From the IMG/VR virus record IMGVR_UViG_3300032236_001859, positions 152,044 through 216,043 of that record: 64,000 nt of DNA; one strand, 5' to 3'. The translations under genes and the position numbers were made by a program. Position 1 is the first letter of the stretch; every line of letters begins with the position of its first letter. Shown piece after piece: positions 54,166 through 62,633 of this stretch. The notes under the pieces are model-generated. The model saw nothing but the letters and a program-made list of their open reading frames with translations. It had not been told where the DNA came from and ran no database searches.

Positions 54166-54848
54166 GACTTCTCCTTCAGCTCTGGTTTGCTGCGTTGTTT
54201 CCTCTTGGATTTCGACTTCACCCACTTCGCGGTGACCATGACTACCATGTTCTTCTTGGGATCCCTGAGCAACATGATCTCATTGAGCACGGGGCGGAAC
54301 CCAGGGGCATGGAGTTCACTGAAATACTTGGCGAACCCGGGGAGTGCATAGCTGAGTAAGGCCTGATCCACGTTGGTCTGCGTGAACACGTGATTCGGGG
54401 ATGCCACTAGGTGTCGGGACTCGTAGAGCGGGGAACGCCACACCGTGCAGTCGACATCAACTAGCTCGGTCTGCAGAGCCTTGGCGTCGGCGAGGACATC
54501 CTTGACGACGATGTCAGACCACACCGTGTTCTTATAGGCCAGGCAGCTGATGTGCTGGGCAAGCAAGTATTTCCCGTAGTCGACGACCTCCTTGGAGGTC
54601 AGCGTCTTCGTGGGCTTCCTGGCCTCCCACTTCGCCCTCATGGCATCATGGAGATCTCGGAGATCACGCATGACCCCCATGGATTCCGCCCCTGACAGCA
54701 TCTGCTGGGGGGCCAAGCAGCCCCCGGGAGTCGGGTAGGCCTGGAGTACCGCGGCGACGGCATCGAGGAGATCCCCGGTACACCCCAGGATGTCGTCATC
54801 ACCGGGGGTCAAGGGCGGAGTCGTCGTCATCTTCGGTGAGGAGGTCAT
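54162..54848 (-). CDS. Hypothetical protein, paralog family A
   Basis: DLLDAVAAVLQAYP..LSGAES..LRDLHDA module. Confidence 0.6.
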   Translation of the reverse strand: MTSSPKMTTTPPLTPGDDDILGCTGDLLDAVAAVLQAYPTPGGCLAPQQMLSGAESMGVMRDLRDLHDAMRAKWEARKPTKTLTSKEVVDYGKYLLAQHISCLAYKNTVWSDIVVKDVLADAKALQTELVDVDCTVWRSPLYESRHLVASPNHVFTQTNVDQALLSYALPGFAKYFSELHAPGFRPVLNEIMLLRDPKKNMVVMVTAKWVKSKSKRKQRSKPELKEKS

Positions 54849-55137
54849 CGGGATCCCACTGTCTCGACGCTGGAGACTGTTGATGAGTTGAAGGCCTCAG
54901 AGGGGTCACCGTCTTGGGATCCCCCTTGGGCTCGGGGACATAGGCCTTGTGATGCCCCGAGGATATGATGAGTTTTCCGCTCTTGGTCCGCGCATCGTGC
55001 ACTGTAACCTGCGCTGGTAAAGGTTCGCCTACCCAGTCGTCGAAGAGCCAGTTGAAAGCCTTGGTGTCCTCTAACCCCAACTTGATCGGGGGAGGCAACG
55101 GGGTCTTGCGCTTGCGGACCACGTACCGTATCGCCAT
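54799..55137 (-). CDS. Hypothetical protein, probably leaderless
   Basis: MAIRYVV start 7 nt after a -10-like CATAGT; frame choice uncertain versus 54845-55261. Confidence 0.4.
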   Translation of the reverse strand: MAIRYVVRKRKTPLPPPIKLGLEDTKAFNWLFDDWVGEPLPAQVTVHDARTKSGKLIISSGHHKAYVPEPKGDPKTVTPLRPSTHQQSPASRQWDPDDLLTEDDDDSALDPR

Positions 55138-55144
55138 GGCCGCA

Positions 55145-55171
55145 ACTATGGCTGCACGGGAGCACCAACAA
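55145..55171 (-). promoter_or_regulatory. Promoter TTGTTG-N15-CATAGT
   Basis: ATG 7 nt downstream. Confidence 0.4.
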
Positions 55172-55257
55172 GGCCTCGCCTGGATTACTTGAGGTGAACC
55201 CACGCGGAAAACGCTGGGCATTCTGTATTCGTGAATTTAGAATGGCAAACTTGATTC

Positions 55258-56073
55258 TCACGATTTAGTCTCCACGGGGAGGAAGGTATCGGGCTTGGAG
55301 CCCGGGATCACCTTGGAGTAATCCACTGGGGAATGCCCGGCTTCCTTGCTCCCCCATGCCGCCTTCACCGTCCAGGTATCCGTGGCGACATCGTACTGGA
55401 TCGCAGAGAACACAGCCTTCTTCGCGTACTCCCGGATCGTGCGACCATCAGGACGCCACTTAAAGCTCATCCCTGGGTTATCCTTGAGGTAGGCGCGCTC
55501 CATGGCCACGATGTCCAGGGTACACACGGGGACTCCCATGCGCACCAAGTGCTTGTAGATCACGAGTTCCCTGAACCGGAACTCGGTAAACGTGCGAGGA
55601 GAACTTCGACCTGGAGTCGTATGCACCCTGGCTTCCTCGACCATGAGATGCTTCATGGCCTCCCGCTTCTTGAGACGGTGGACATGGAGGCGCTTCCCTG
55701 GGATGACGTCCACACAGGGGATCTCGACGTGACGGAGGTTGGTATCAATGTTCTCATATCTCTCATAGGTCAGGATAACGCCGACACCACGGAGCCCAGC
55801 GAGATCCTTGACGGCGACATGAGTCCATCCCCTCTTGGGGAAGGCGACATAGACGAGATCATAGACACCCATGCGGACATGCTTCTCGGCCTGGGCGAGT
55901 ACGCCGAGATTCGCGGTGGCCTTGACCTCGATACCGATGAGATCCCCCTGAGGGTTCACCGCGGTGATATCACAGAGCCCACCGAGCTCGGGGTACACGG
56001 TCCAACCCTGGGCGACGAGCTCCCGGGAAACTGTAACAGCGACGCGTTCCTCAGGTGGTATCTTGGTGATCAT
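55258..56073 (-). CDS. PD-(D/E)xK nuclease-family protein
   Basis: YPE...CDITAV...IGIEVKAT..LAQAE..YDLVYVAFP..GVGVI. Confidence 0.75.
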   Translation of the reverse strand: MITKIPPEERVAVTVSRELVAQGWTVYPELGGLCDITAVNPQGDLIGIEVKATANLGVLAQAEKHVRMGVYDLVYVAFPKRGWTHVAVKDLAGLRGVGVILTYERYENIDTNLRHVEIPCVDVIPGKRLHVHRLKKREAMKHLMVEEARVHTTPGRSSPRTFTEFRFRELVIYKHLVRMGVPVCTLDIVAMERAYLKDNPGMSFKWRPDGRTIREYAKKAVFSAIQYDVATDTWTVKAAWGSKEAGHSPVDYSKVIPGSKPDTFLPVETKS

Positions 56074-56202
56074 GTCATCTCTTTCGATTCAAGATTCGTA
56101 GGTCTGTGTGACCCCACTCCAAATAGGGGGTCTTCCGCGTTGTCAGAAATCACTGTAAAACATATAGGAATACACCCGATCCATAAAATCATTTTGGCGA
56201 GT

Positions 56203-56229
56203 ATTATGCTGTGGTTTACTCAGAGTAAT
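56203..56229 (-). promoter_or_regulatory. Promoter ATTACT-N15-CATAAT with internal GTAAAC
   Basis: Immediately after the terminator, upstream of the nuclease gene. Confidence 0.5.
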
Positions 56230-56270
56230 CCCCGTCTACGGAATGCAAGGGGCCTGGATGACCCATAGCT

Positions 56271-56315
56271 AAAGAAAAAGAACAGCCCCGATCCCCTCGC
56301 GGAGACCAGGGCTGT
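56271..56315 (-). terminator. Rho-independent terminator of the GNAT operon
   Basis: 15-bp stem with G-U pairs, GCGA tetraloop, followed by TCTTTTTCTTT on the minus strand. Confidence 0.85.
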
Positions 56316-56346
56316 CCTGTATTGTCCTATGCTGTCATACCGAACA

Positions 56347-57279
56347 CTAAGTCTTGAGACCTTGAACCCCTGATGACTCCTGCCCTGCCAGGGGGACCTC
56401 CTTGCAATCCCCCTCGGCCTGGGACTTCTTGAGGGTGTCCACGATGACATTGATACGTGCCGCCTTCAGCTTCTGAATAGTGCCCTTGGGGAGATCAAGC
56501 CGAGCCTCGACGTTCTCAGAGAGCGTGATCCCGGGGTCTTCGCCCTCAAAGACCTTTAAGAGTACTTCACTGATCATTCGGAAATCGGGTTCAGATCTGC
56601 ACGTGCTCACCGCGAGAGTCCTGACATCCTTGTCCCAGGGATGCAGACGTGGTGGCTTCACGGGATCCAGGTGGCCTGGAGACTTACCTCCAAACATGGC
56701 GCCTGAGGTATACCTGGGGGTCAGGGACATCATGCAGGATGCCACATGGAATCTGCGGAATCCAAAGTCTTCATAGAACTCGTACATGCGGTCCCTGGCG
56801 AGATCTGTGGTCTCCAATGGATTCGAGCATAACCATACCCAGTTGGGACCTATCTGGTTCAGAACAAAACCCAGCAGCTTCCTGCCGATACCATTGTGGC
56901 GAACCCCAGTTTCCACGTAGAGGACATGGACGTAGTGGAAGGCCTCGTTGCATGCCACGGCGAGGTGCGCGGACAAACAGCGGTGAACCCCGTCACCAAG
57001 TGGGCACCCCGCGGACTTCTCGACGTCACCTAGATTCGGCCTATTGAGCCGGATGATATCGCAGATCGCGAGGTCCCCATAGCAGTACCGCTTGACCTCA
57101 TGGGTATCCGTGGTGGACAAGACATCGATCCTAAACCCCGGTGGCTTCTCCTTGGGACCCCCGGATACCCCAAGCCTGGGCTTCTCATGCAAGACATCGA
57201 CGACATCAACGGGGATATCAAATAGAGTCAAGACTCTATTTGATGCGTCTTTCGTGCAAACAACGGTGTCATCTCTCAT
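56347..57279 (-). CDS. GNAT-family acetyltransferase
   Basis: VHVLYVETGVRHNGIGRKLL (motif A) and YEFYEDFGF. Confidence 0.8.
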   Translation of the reverse strand: MRDDTVVCTKDASNRVLTLFDIPVDVVDVLHEKPRLGVSGGPKEKPPGFRIDVLSTTDTHEVKRYCYGDLAICDIIRLNRPNLGDVEKSAGCPLGDGVHRCLSAHLAVACNEAFHYVHVLYVETGVRHNGIGRKLLGFVLNQIGPNWVWLCSNPLETTDLARDRMYEFYEDFGFRRFHVASCMMSLTPRYTSGAMFGGKSPGHLDPVKPPRLHPWDKDVRTLAVSTCRSEPDFRMISEVLLKVFEGEDPGITLSENVEARLDLPKGTIQKLKAARINVIVDTLKKSQAEGDCKEVPLAGQESSGVQGLKT

Positions 57280-57761
57280 GTGTTCTCCTTACTGTTATCC
57301 TGGTTGGTGCGTGGAAACTCCCAGCGCCCGTTCTTAATGGCATCCTTGACGAACTCTTTGGCAGATCGCTTGGGGGGCCCCTCACTATCCGGTGGTAAGA
57401 TTATAGGGAACTCGCTTGGGATAGAGAGCTCCCTCAGCAGAGGTTTGAGATCGGCGTGATTAATCGCGGTCTGGAATGCCTCACGCGCCATGTCGTCGTC
57501 AAATGATTCCTGGAATGGGATATCAAGGCGACCCCCGGGGGGATCGCAGGGCACCCCGGTAACCTTGATGGTGCCGCCATCAACGCGCTCCGCGGGTGCC
57601 CAGTGCTCCATGGGCTTCACTGGACTGGGTCCAGTGTGGACCACGGCGATGTTCACCCAGAGCTGGATGTGCCCGCATCTCGAGCACTGCGTTGTCATGG
57701 TATCAGAGTCCTCCCCGGTTTTGAGGAAGATGGAGTTCTCGCATTTCGTGCAGAGGTTCAT
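57276..57761 (-). CDS. Zn-ribbon protein
   Basis: Start MNLCTKC; second pair CSRC; ATGA coupling. Confidence 0.55.
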   Translation of the reverse strand: MNLCTKCENSIFLKTGEDSDTMTTQCSRCGHIQLWVNIAVVHTGPSPVKPMEHWAPAERVDGGTIKVTGVPCDPPGGRLDIPFQESFDDDMAREAFQTAINHADLKPLLRELSIPSEFPIILPPDSEGPPKRSAKEFVKDAIKNGRWEFPRTNQDNSKENT

Positions 57762-58054
57762 CCTGTGGTCCCCCCATCGATGCGTTCGAGGACCTGGGTG
57801 CGATGCCATCCACTGGGCATATTGTCGGCAAGCCATTGGAGATCTTCGGGCATCATTTCATCCAAGGAGTACACGATGACCCTGAAGGGTTCGTGGTTGT
57901 ATATCTTGGCCATGAGAGCCCTGAACTCAGGCATCGCCCTGAGGGCCTCGAGCATGGGGTTCCTGAAGACTGTCCGGCTCACATAGCTCAGGAAGTAGTC
58001 TTGATCGTATTGGACCTTGTTGGCCTTGTAGGCCTCAACTAATGGGTGACTCAT
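57758..58054 (-). CDS. Hypothetical protein, paralog pair B
   Basis: HPLVEAYKANKVQYD..PEF.ALM..PF..IV..DLQWL. Confidence 0.65.
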   Translation of the reverse strand: MSHPLVEAYKANKVQYDQDYFLSYVSRTVFRNPMLEALRAMPEFRALMAKIYNHEPFRVIVYSLDEMMPEDLQWLADNMPSGWHRTQVLERIDGGTTG

Positions 58055-58159
58055 CTGGGGTCTCCTGACTTGTGATCCTCGGGGTACACCCCCAGGGGTG
58101 TGTGTGGGATGTGGTCATAGGGTTGCTTTCCTTGTATGGGGAACTTGAATCCATAGGCT

Positions 58160-58525
58160 TCACTTTGCCTCGGCACCGGGTTGGCATGCCATCTCCACCA
58201 GCCCCCCGTAAGCACTCCAGATCTCCTTGTTACGGAGAATCACAGGTGAGTACGCCGGCGATGTAATCGGGAGATGCTTCTCCAACCACTGGAGATCGTA
58301 GAGATCGAGATCGGGGACCGCGTCTACAATGGCCTTGAAAGGATCCGGGTTCACCTGGGTCTTCATGAGAGCCACGAACTCAGGGGTATCGAGGACCCCG
58401 AGGAGATCCCCACACTGGGATTCCACCGAAGTGGAGCCCCGGATGAAGTTCAGGTAGTTGTCGATGTCGTATTGTGCCTTGTTCGCCTTGTAGGCGGCAA
58501 CCGCGGGGTGATCAGTGACACTCAT
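58160..58525 (-). CDS. Hypothetical protein, paralog pair B
   Basis: HPAVAAYKANKAQYD..PEFVALM..PFKAIV..DLQWL. Confidence 0.65.
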   Translation of the reverse strand: MSVTDHPAVAAYKANKAQYDIDNYLNFIRGSTSVESQCGDLLGVLDTPEFVALMKTQVNPDPFKAIVDAVPDLDLYDLQWLEKHLPITSPAYSPVILRNKEIWSAYGGLVEMACQPGAEAK

Positions 58526-58526
58526 A

Positions 58527-58781
58527 TCAGCCCTCCTCATCATCATCTCGGAACTGGCTCACAAAAGCCTCGACCTTCTGGGATAACTCGGCGTGCGCCT
58601 TCTCAAACCGCGCACACCGCTCCAAGGCGATGTCCAGGGCCTCGACTAAGGCATCCTGGGCGGTCTTCGCCTTCATGGACAAGTTTTGTTTACCATTGTC
58701 ATCCCAGAGCCAGAAGCCATCTGTGCATTCCGCGAGAGATAGTGTTGGGGTGAGTTTGGTGTTGGAGATAACTTTGCTCAT
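58527..58781 (-). CDS. Small conserved-looking phage protein
   Basis: LTPTLSLAECTDGFWLWD...NLSMKAKT.QDALVEAL resembles small proteins in lytic phages as recalled. Confidence 0.6.
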   Translation of the reverse strand: MSKVISNTKLTPTLSLAECTDGFWLWDDNGKQNLSMKAKTAQDALVEALDIALERCARFEKAHAELSQKVEAFVSQFRDDDEEG

Positions 58782-59308
58782 GTCGGCTCCTTGGGCATCA
58801 AGTGATCAGGTAACTGTTCGTAGTCAGGCCGAAATGCGCTGACGTAACAACGGAGCCCCGCACGGATCAGGGTATCCCCTGAGTACCTGCAGCGCCGTCT
58901 GAGGACCTCATAGGATCGGTAACCATATCGCTTACCACCCACGCAGGTGTACTCGTGCCAGTCGACCCTGCTGCAGTCCCCGGAATCACTGGAAAGCATG
59001 GCGTACCATGTATTCCTGACCACGCGAAAGCCTATCCCGGCTCCCTGTATCAGCTCCAGGGCATACCCGGTATCTCGGCTGGGACGTCTGCTCTCTCCAC
59101 CACGTAAAGCAGTCTTGGCACGCCCACGTTCCGCAGGAGACGCCTGGGATGCCAGGTGGACCTCAATGGCAACATCGAGTTCGTCATCGGTCATCGAGTT
59201 CGTGGGGTGCCCCTGGGTGGGGATCCCCACGGGCTGAAGAGGCCTCGGCTTGGGTTTCACGACTTCTTCCCTACTAAGTCGCCCATGGCCCCCAGTGAAC
59301 CCTTCCAT
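58778..59308 (-). CDS. Hypothetical protein (true start may be 59194)
   Basis: ATGA coupling downstream; protein-like composition from MTDDELD. Confidence 0.5.
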   Translation of the reverse strand: MEGFTGGHGRLSREEVVKPKPRPLQPVGIPTQGHPTNSMTDDELDVAIEVHLASQASPAERGRAKTALRGGESRRPSRDTGYALELIQGAGIGFRVVRNTWYAMLSSDSGDCSRVDWHEYTCVGGKRYGYRSYEVLRRRCRYSGDTLIRAGLRCYVSAFRPDYEQLPDHLMPKEPT

Positions 59309-59778
59309 TTCGACTCAGCGAGGCTAACCGGAAGTGAGGCTACAACCGCGGCTTCCGGTGGTGGTTTCGGGGAAGGTGGTGTAAACGCCGGGGTCCCCAG
59401 CGACACCAAGGTCTCCGCATCGAGTTCGTGGAGGCTGCACCCATAGTAGGTGATCCCGCTATCTAGGAAGACTCCTGGATACGTGAAGGAGACCGCGTCA
59501 CATCTGGCATTCAAAGGGATCAGGTGGTAGCGCTCCGCAGAATACGCGCATAGATAGAGGGTCCCCTTGAGATCAATCCAGAGCTGGCCATGATGGGGCT
59601 GGGGTTGCTCGGCCGCCAAGTCTTTGCAATAGGCGTCATGGGACTCCCGGATTTGTTCGAGATGATACTTCGAGGTCGCCACGCGGTCCCGGAGGGCTTT
59701 GAGATGTGCGACGCGTTCAGCTGGGGTGCCCTGGAATCCACGGTGGACCCCAGGTGATTGGGTAATGGGTTCAGACAT
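59257..59778 (-). CDS. Hypothetical protein with GQxW module
   Basis: AAGGA RBS; coiled coil followed by GQLWID..GTLY. Confidence 0.55.
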   Translation of the reverse strand: MSEPITQSPGVHRGFQGTPAERVAHLKALRDRVATSKYHLEQIRESHDAYCKDLAAEQPQPHHGQLWIDLKGTLYLCAYSAERYHLIPLNARCDAVSFTYPGVFLDSGITYYGCSLHELDAETLVSLGTPAFTPPSPKPPPEAAVVASLPVSLAESKWKGSLGAMGDLVGKKS

Positions 59779-59798
59779 AGAATTTCCTTGTTGTTCGG

Positions 59799-61067
59799 TT
59801 ATCTGATGAATCCTTTTTTCACGGCATCGGCAACACTGCCGACCCAGGCGAACTTCTTCCGAATCGATTCGAGAGGTATGACCATCCCCTCGGCTTTTCC
59901 GTGGATGGCGAGATCTGTGGGCTCCAAGGCATGGAGGCCCACCTTGCGGTCCACTATCGAGGTCACCAAGTAGCAGACCCCTCGGGATCTCCAGACCTGG
60001 GAGATCTCGACGTTATCGGGGCCCTGGTTCTCCATACAGGTCTGCATTCGCAACGAAATCTTCTCGAGGGCATCCAAGGTCTCCTCGGCGGCCACCGGGG
60101 AGGGTAGCAGAACCCCGACACGTCTTGCTATCATCTCGATGAGTTCGAGATCACTGGGCAGCTTGGGGAATGGCTTCTCGGGGCCTGGGGTTACCTGGTC
60201 CTCAAGGGTTACCTTGGCTACGCAGTTGGGGTTGCCGACACCAAGACCACGGGTGACCACTACGCCCTCCCATGGTCTCGGGGTTTCATCGACTTGGACA
60301 AATACAGTGCGGACTACCTTGTTACCCTGGGATGGCCATCCCATGGCATCGAAGATACCATCGAAGATGACCCCCGCTGAACTCGTGATCATGATTTCGC
60401 GAGAGTGCTCAAAGTCAGCACCATCAATGCCTGCAGGGGAATCCGTGACCAACCTGAGCTCGAATCTCTTGATTTCCAAATGATACCTGGACTCCCCGAC
60501 CTTCACGGGATACGGGGTACCATCGGCGGCCACCAAGACCAACTTGTATTCCTTGCCCAGCTCCTTGGGGAGCCCTGGTAACGGAACATCTGGCGTCACC
60601 TGAGCAGGGCGTGGCAGTGCTCCGAGTTCAGCGGGCTTCGCGATCTCAGGGAACACCCGCTCCATTAGGGTTTCATTCATGTGCAGTGGTGTCGGTGTAT
60701 GGAGTAACCCGGGGAACAACTTCTCGAGTAGCGCGGCCCCCGGGGTCTCCCCAGGGAAAATGCGACGTACCACGAGTACATTCGAGATAGGGGAATCTGC
60801 GATGATCTCCATACCATACGCCAACTTTTTGTCGGAGTCATCACGTACCACGATGACATCCCCTAATTCAGGTGCACGTGGCCACTTCTTGAGATCTTCG
60901 ATGTAGACCTCAAAAGTATAGTTTTCCGCTAAATCGTCCCATCTGGGATTCCGGAGTGTGGCGTAGGAGACCACATCAGGTACCAGCCAAGCCGAGACTA
61001 CTAAACCGATTTTGCCTTGCTCGAAGAGCACACTGGCCTTGCAAGGCTTGTTTTCATTTTCTGACAT
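59799..61067 (-). CDS. Hypothetical multidomain protein with QVW module
   Basis: AAGGA RBS before MSENENK. Confidence 0.6.
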   Translation of the reverse strand: MSENENKPCKASVLFEQGKIGLVVSAWLVPDVVSYATLRNPRWDDLAENYTFEVYIEDLKKWPRAPELGDVIVVRDDSDKKLAYGMEIIADSPISNVLVVRRIFPGETPGAALLEKLFPGLLHTPTPLHMNETLMERVFPEIAKPAELGALPRPAQVTPDVPLPGLPKELGKEYKLVLVAADGTPYPVKVGESRYHLEIKRFELRLVTDSPAGIDGADFEHSREIMITSSAGVIFDGIFDAMGWPSQGNKVVRTVFVQVDETPRPWEGVVVTRGLGVGNPNCVAKVTLEDQVTPGPEKPFPKLPSDLELIEMIARRVGVLLPSPVAAEETLDALEKISLRMQTCMENQGPDNVEISQVWRSRGVCYLVTSIVDRKVGLHALEPTDLAIHGKAEGMVIPLESIRKKFAWVGSVADAVKKGFIR

Positions 61068-61192
61068 CGCATGTTCCTTGTGCAAATACGGGCTTACGCC
61101 CTAAGTGATATCACCTTGGTAGATGACTTTGATGTTGTCTTTGAGCCACTTCGCGAATACAGGCGCCAGCGGGGTGCCATTTACTGATCTCC

Positions 61193-61495
61193 TCATCGCC
61201 TGTAGTTGGAAAGGCGTTTCCACCCGATCTGAGCGGTGCCCCATCCCTTGGTGCCGCCACCCATTTCAGCGGGGCAGCGCCCGCCGTCGATGATGAGCTC
61301 CTCTTTGAGGTGCTCCTCGGAGATGAACTTGTAGAGCCAGTACCCGGCGTCCCATCGGCGACCCGCGGAACGAATAGCGATGAGATCCCGGACATCTGCG
61401 GGGAGCTCTTTGTAGATATCTTCGAGGCGCCCGTTGGGCACCTCGGCACGCCCGAAGATGGGCGCCTTGATTTTACGTGGTGGTGGGAATGGCAT
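61193..61495 (-). CDS. Hypothetical protein
   Basis: 100 aa; GAAGG RBS. Confidence 0.5.
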   Translation of the reverse strand: MPFPPPRKIKAPIFGRAEVPNGRLEDIYKELPADVRDLIAIRSAGRRWDAGYWLYKFISEEHLKEELIIDGGRCPAEMGGGTKGWGTAQIGWKRLSNYRR

Positions 61496-61524
61496 ATTTA
61501 GCCTTCTTTCAAATAGGTTGACTT

Positions 61525-62385
61525 TTATTGGGGGTTGATCCCAAGAGCGAGGATACCTGCGTTCACGATTTCATCCAAGTTGCCAAGTCGCTTGTAACAT
61601 GATTCAAGAGTACGCGAGCCCTGAGGACCGACTACTCGACAAAGCATACCAGTTGCGGTGTCGCGCAGTTGGGAGGATTTTCGGACCCCCTGAGCAGATG
61701 GTAGGCGGACGCAATACACCCCTGTTTTAGTGTCAACCCATATTTCCTTAAAGCCTGCTTTTCGCGACGGCTCCGTTGTGGGGGTGTGCGGTGGCGTCCC
61801 ATCTAGGGGGCGGAGTGAAATAAAACCGGCGTGCAGCGCGGCATGCCGACATATCAGTGTACAGCTTAACAGTTTCTTGTCCTGCAAATGGTGCACCTCC
61901 CTGAATGCGTTGTGCCAATCCCCGCTTTTCAGGTCTTTCTGTGATGCCTGGATTAGATCAGCATCTACTGCTGGGCTGAACTCAGGACCTAAACCTATGC
62001 AGAACTCATAAAGCGCTTTCGCCCCACGTGGGATGAATTTTGACTTCGGCAGTGCGGGGTACACGCGCTCAAGCGCTGTGGTGAAATCGTGGCCTGCCTC
62101 AATCTCCCGCTGAATAGCTGGAATAATTGTGCGCATAACCACGGATCCACAGTGGGGGCGGGAGTACACTGGAAGTATGCGCGGGAACTTTTTGTGAACC
62201 TCCTCAATCTCGCGCTTGCACTCCGCGATTCTTTCGGCTTGTTTTGTGTCCAAGTCCCCCCATTTTCGCATCCTTTCGGGGTGATCCCATGACACACTAC
62301 TAAGTGCTTTTTCTCGCCGGGCACCACGCTTCGTCGCATGTGCCTCTGCGATTTCTTTAATAACTTCCAGTGTAGTTTTTAGCAT
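61525..62385 (-). CDS. Hypothetical protein, lower GC
   Basis: 286 aa; strong AAGGAGG RBS; visibly AT-richer codons. Confidence 0.6.
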   Translation of the reverse strand: MLKTTLEVIKEIAEAHATKRGARREKALSSVSWDHPERMRKWGDLDTKQAERIAECKREIEEVHKKFPRILPVYSRPHCGSVVMRTIIPAIQREIEAGHDFTTALERVYPALPKSKFIPRGAKALYEFCIGLGPEFSPAVDADLIQASQKDLKSGDWHNAFREVHHLQDKKLLSCTLICRHAALHAGFISLRPLDGTPPHTPTTEPSRKAGFKEIWVDTKTGVYCVRLPSAQGVRKSSQLRDTATGMLCRVVGPQGSRTLESCYKRLGNLDEIVNAGILALGINPQ

Positions 62386-62423
62386 AGTTTTTCGTTTGCC
62401 TCCTTGGGCACGCTGTGATCGGG

Positions 62424-62633
62424 TTAATCGTCGTCGTCAGGTGGGAACTCGGCGTTGAAGAGCTCAATGGCTTCTTTGGGTTCGTAACCGAAATAGAGCT
62501 TGCTCTCCCGGTGACCCCCACGCATCGCAGAGATCCGCAGGGCTCCAGAGTGTGCAATGGTTTCAACGGAGAGGTCGTCCACTACAGTGGACGCGTTCTC
62601 GGGGTTCTTGAGGTAGGGGCCATCCTCTGTCAT
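62424..62633 (-). CDS. Small hypothetical protein
   Basis: 69 aa; ATGA coupling. Confidence 0.45.
   Translation of the reverse strand: MTEDGPYLKNPENASTVVDDLSVETIAHSGALRISAMRGGHRESKLYFGYEPKEAIELFNAEFPPDDDD

Noticed and set aside
54845-55261. 138-aa GTG-start ORF with ATGA overlap to the next gene
   Set aside because: Translation looks non-protein-like; the alternative frame 54799-55137 has a promoter-adjacent ATG. Not fully excluded.
56073-56270. AT-rich 200-bp intergenic region as origin or ncRNA
   Set aside because: Explained by terminator, promoter and 5' leader; no iterons or convincing structure, although a structured leader cannot be excluded
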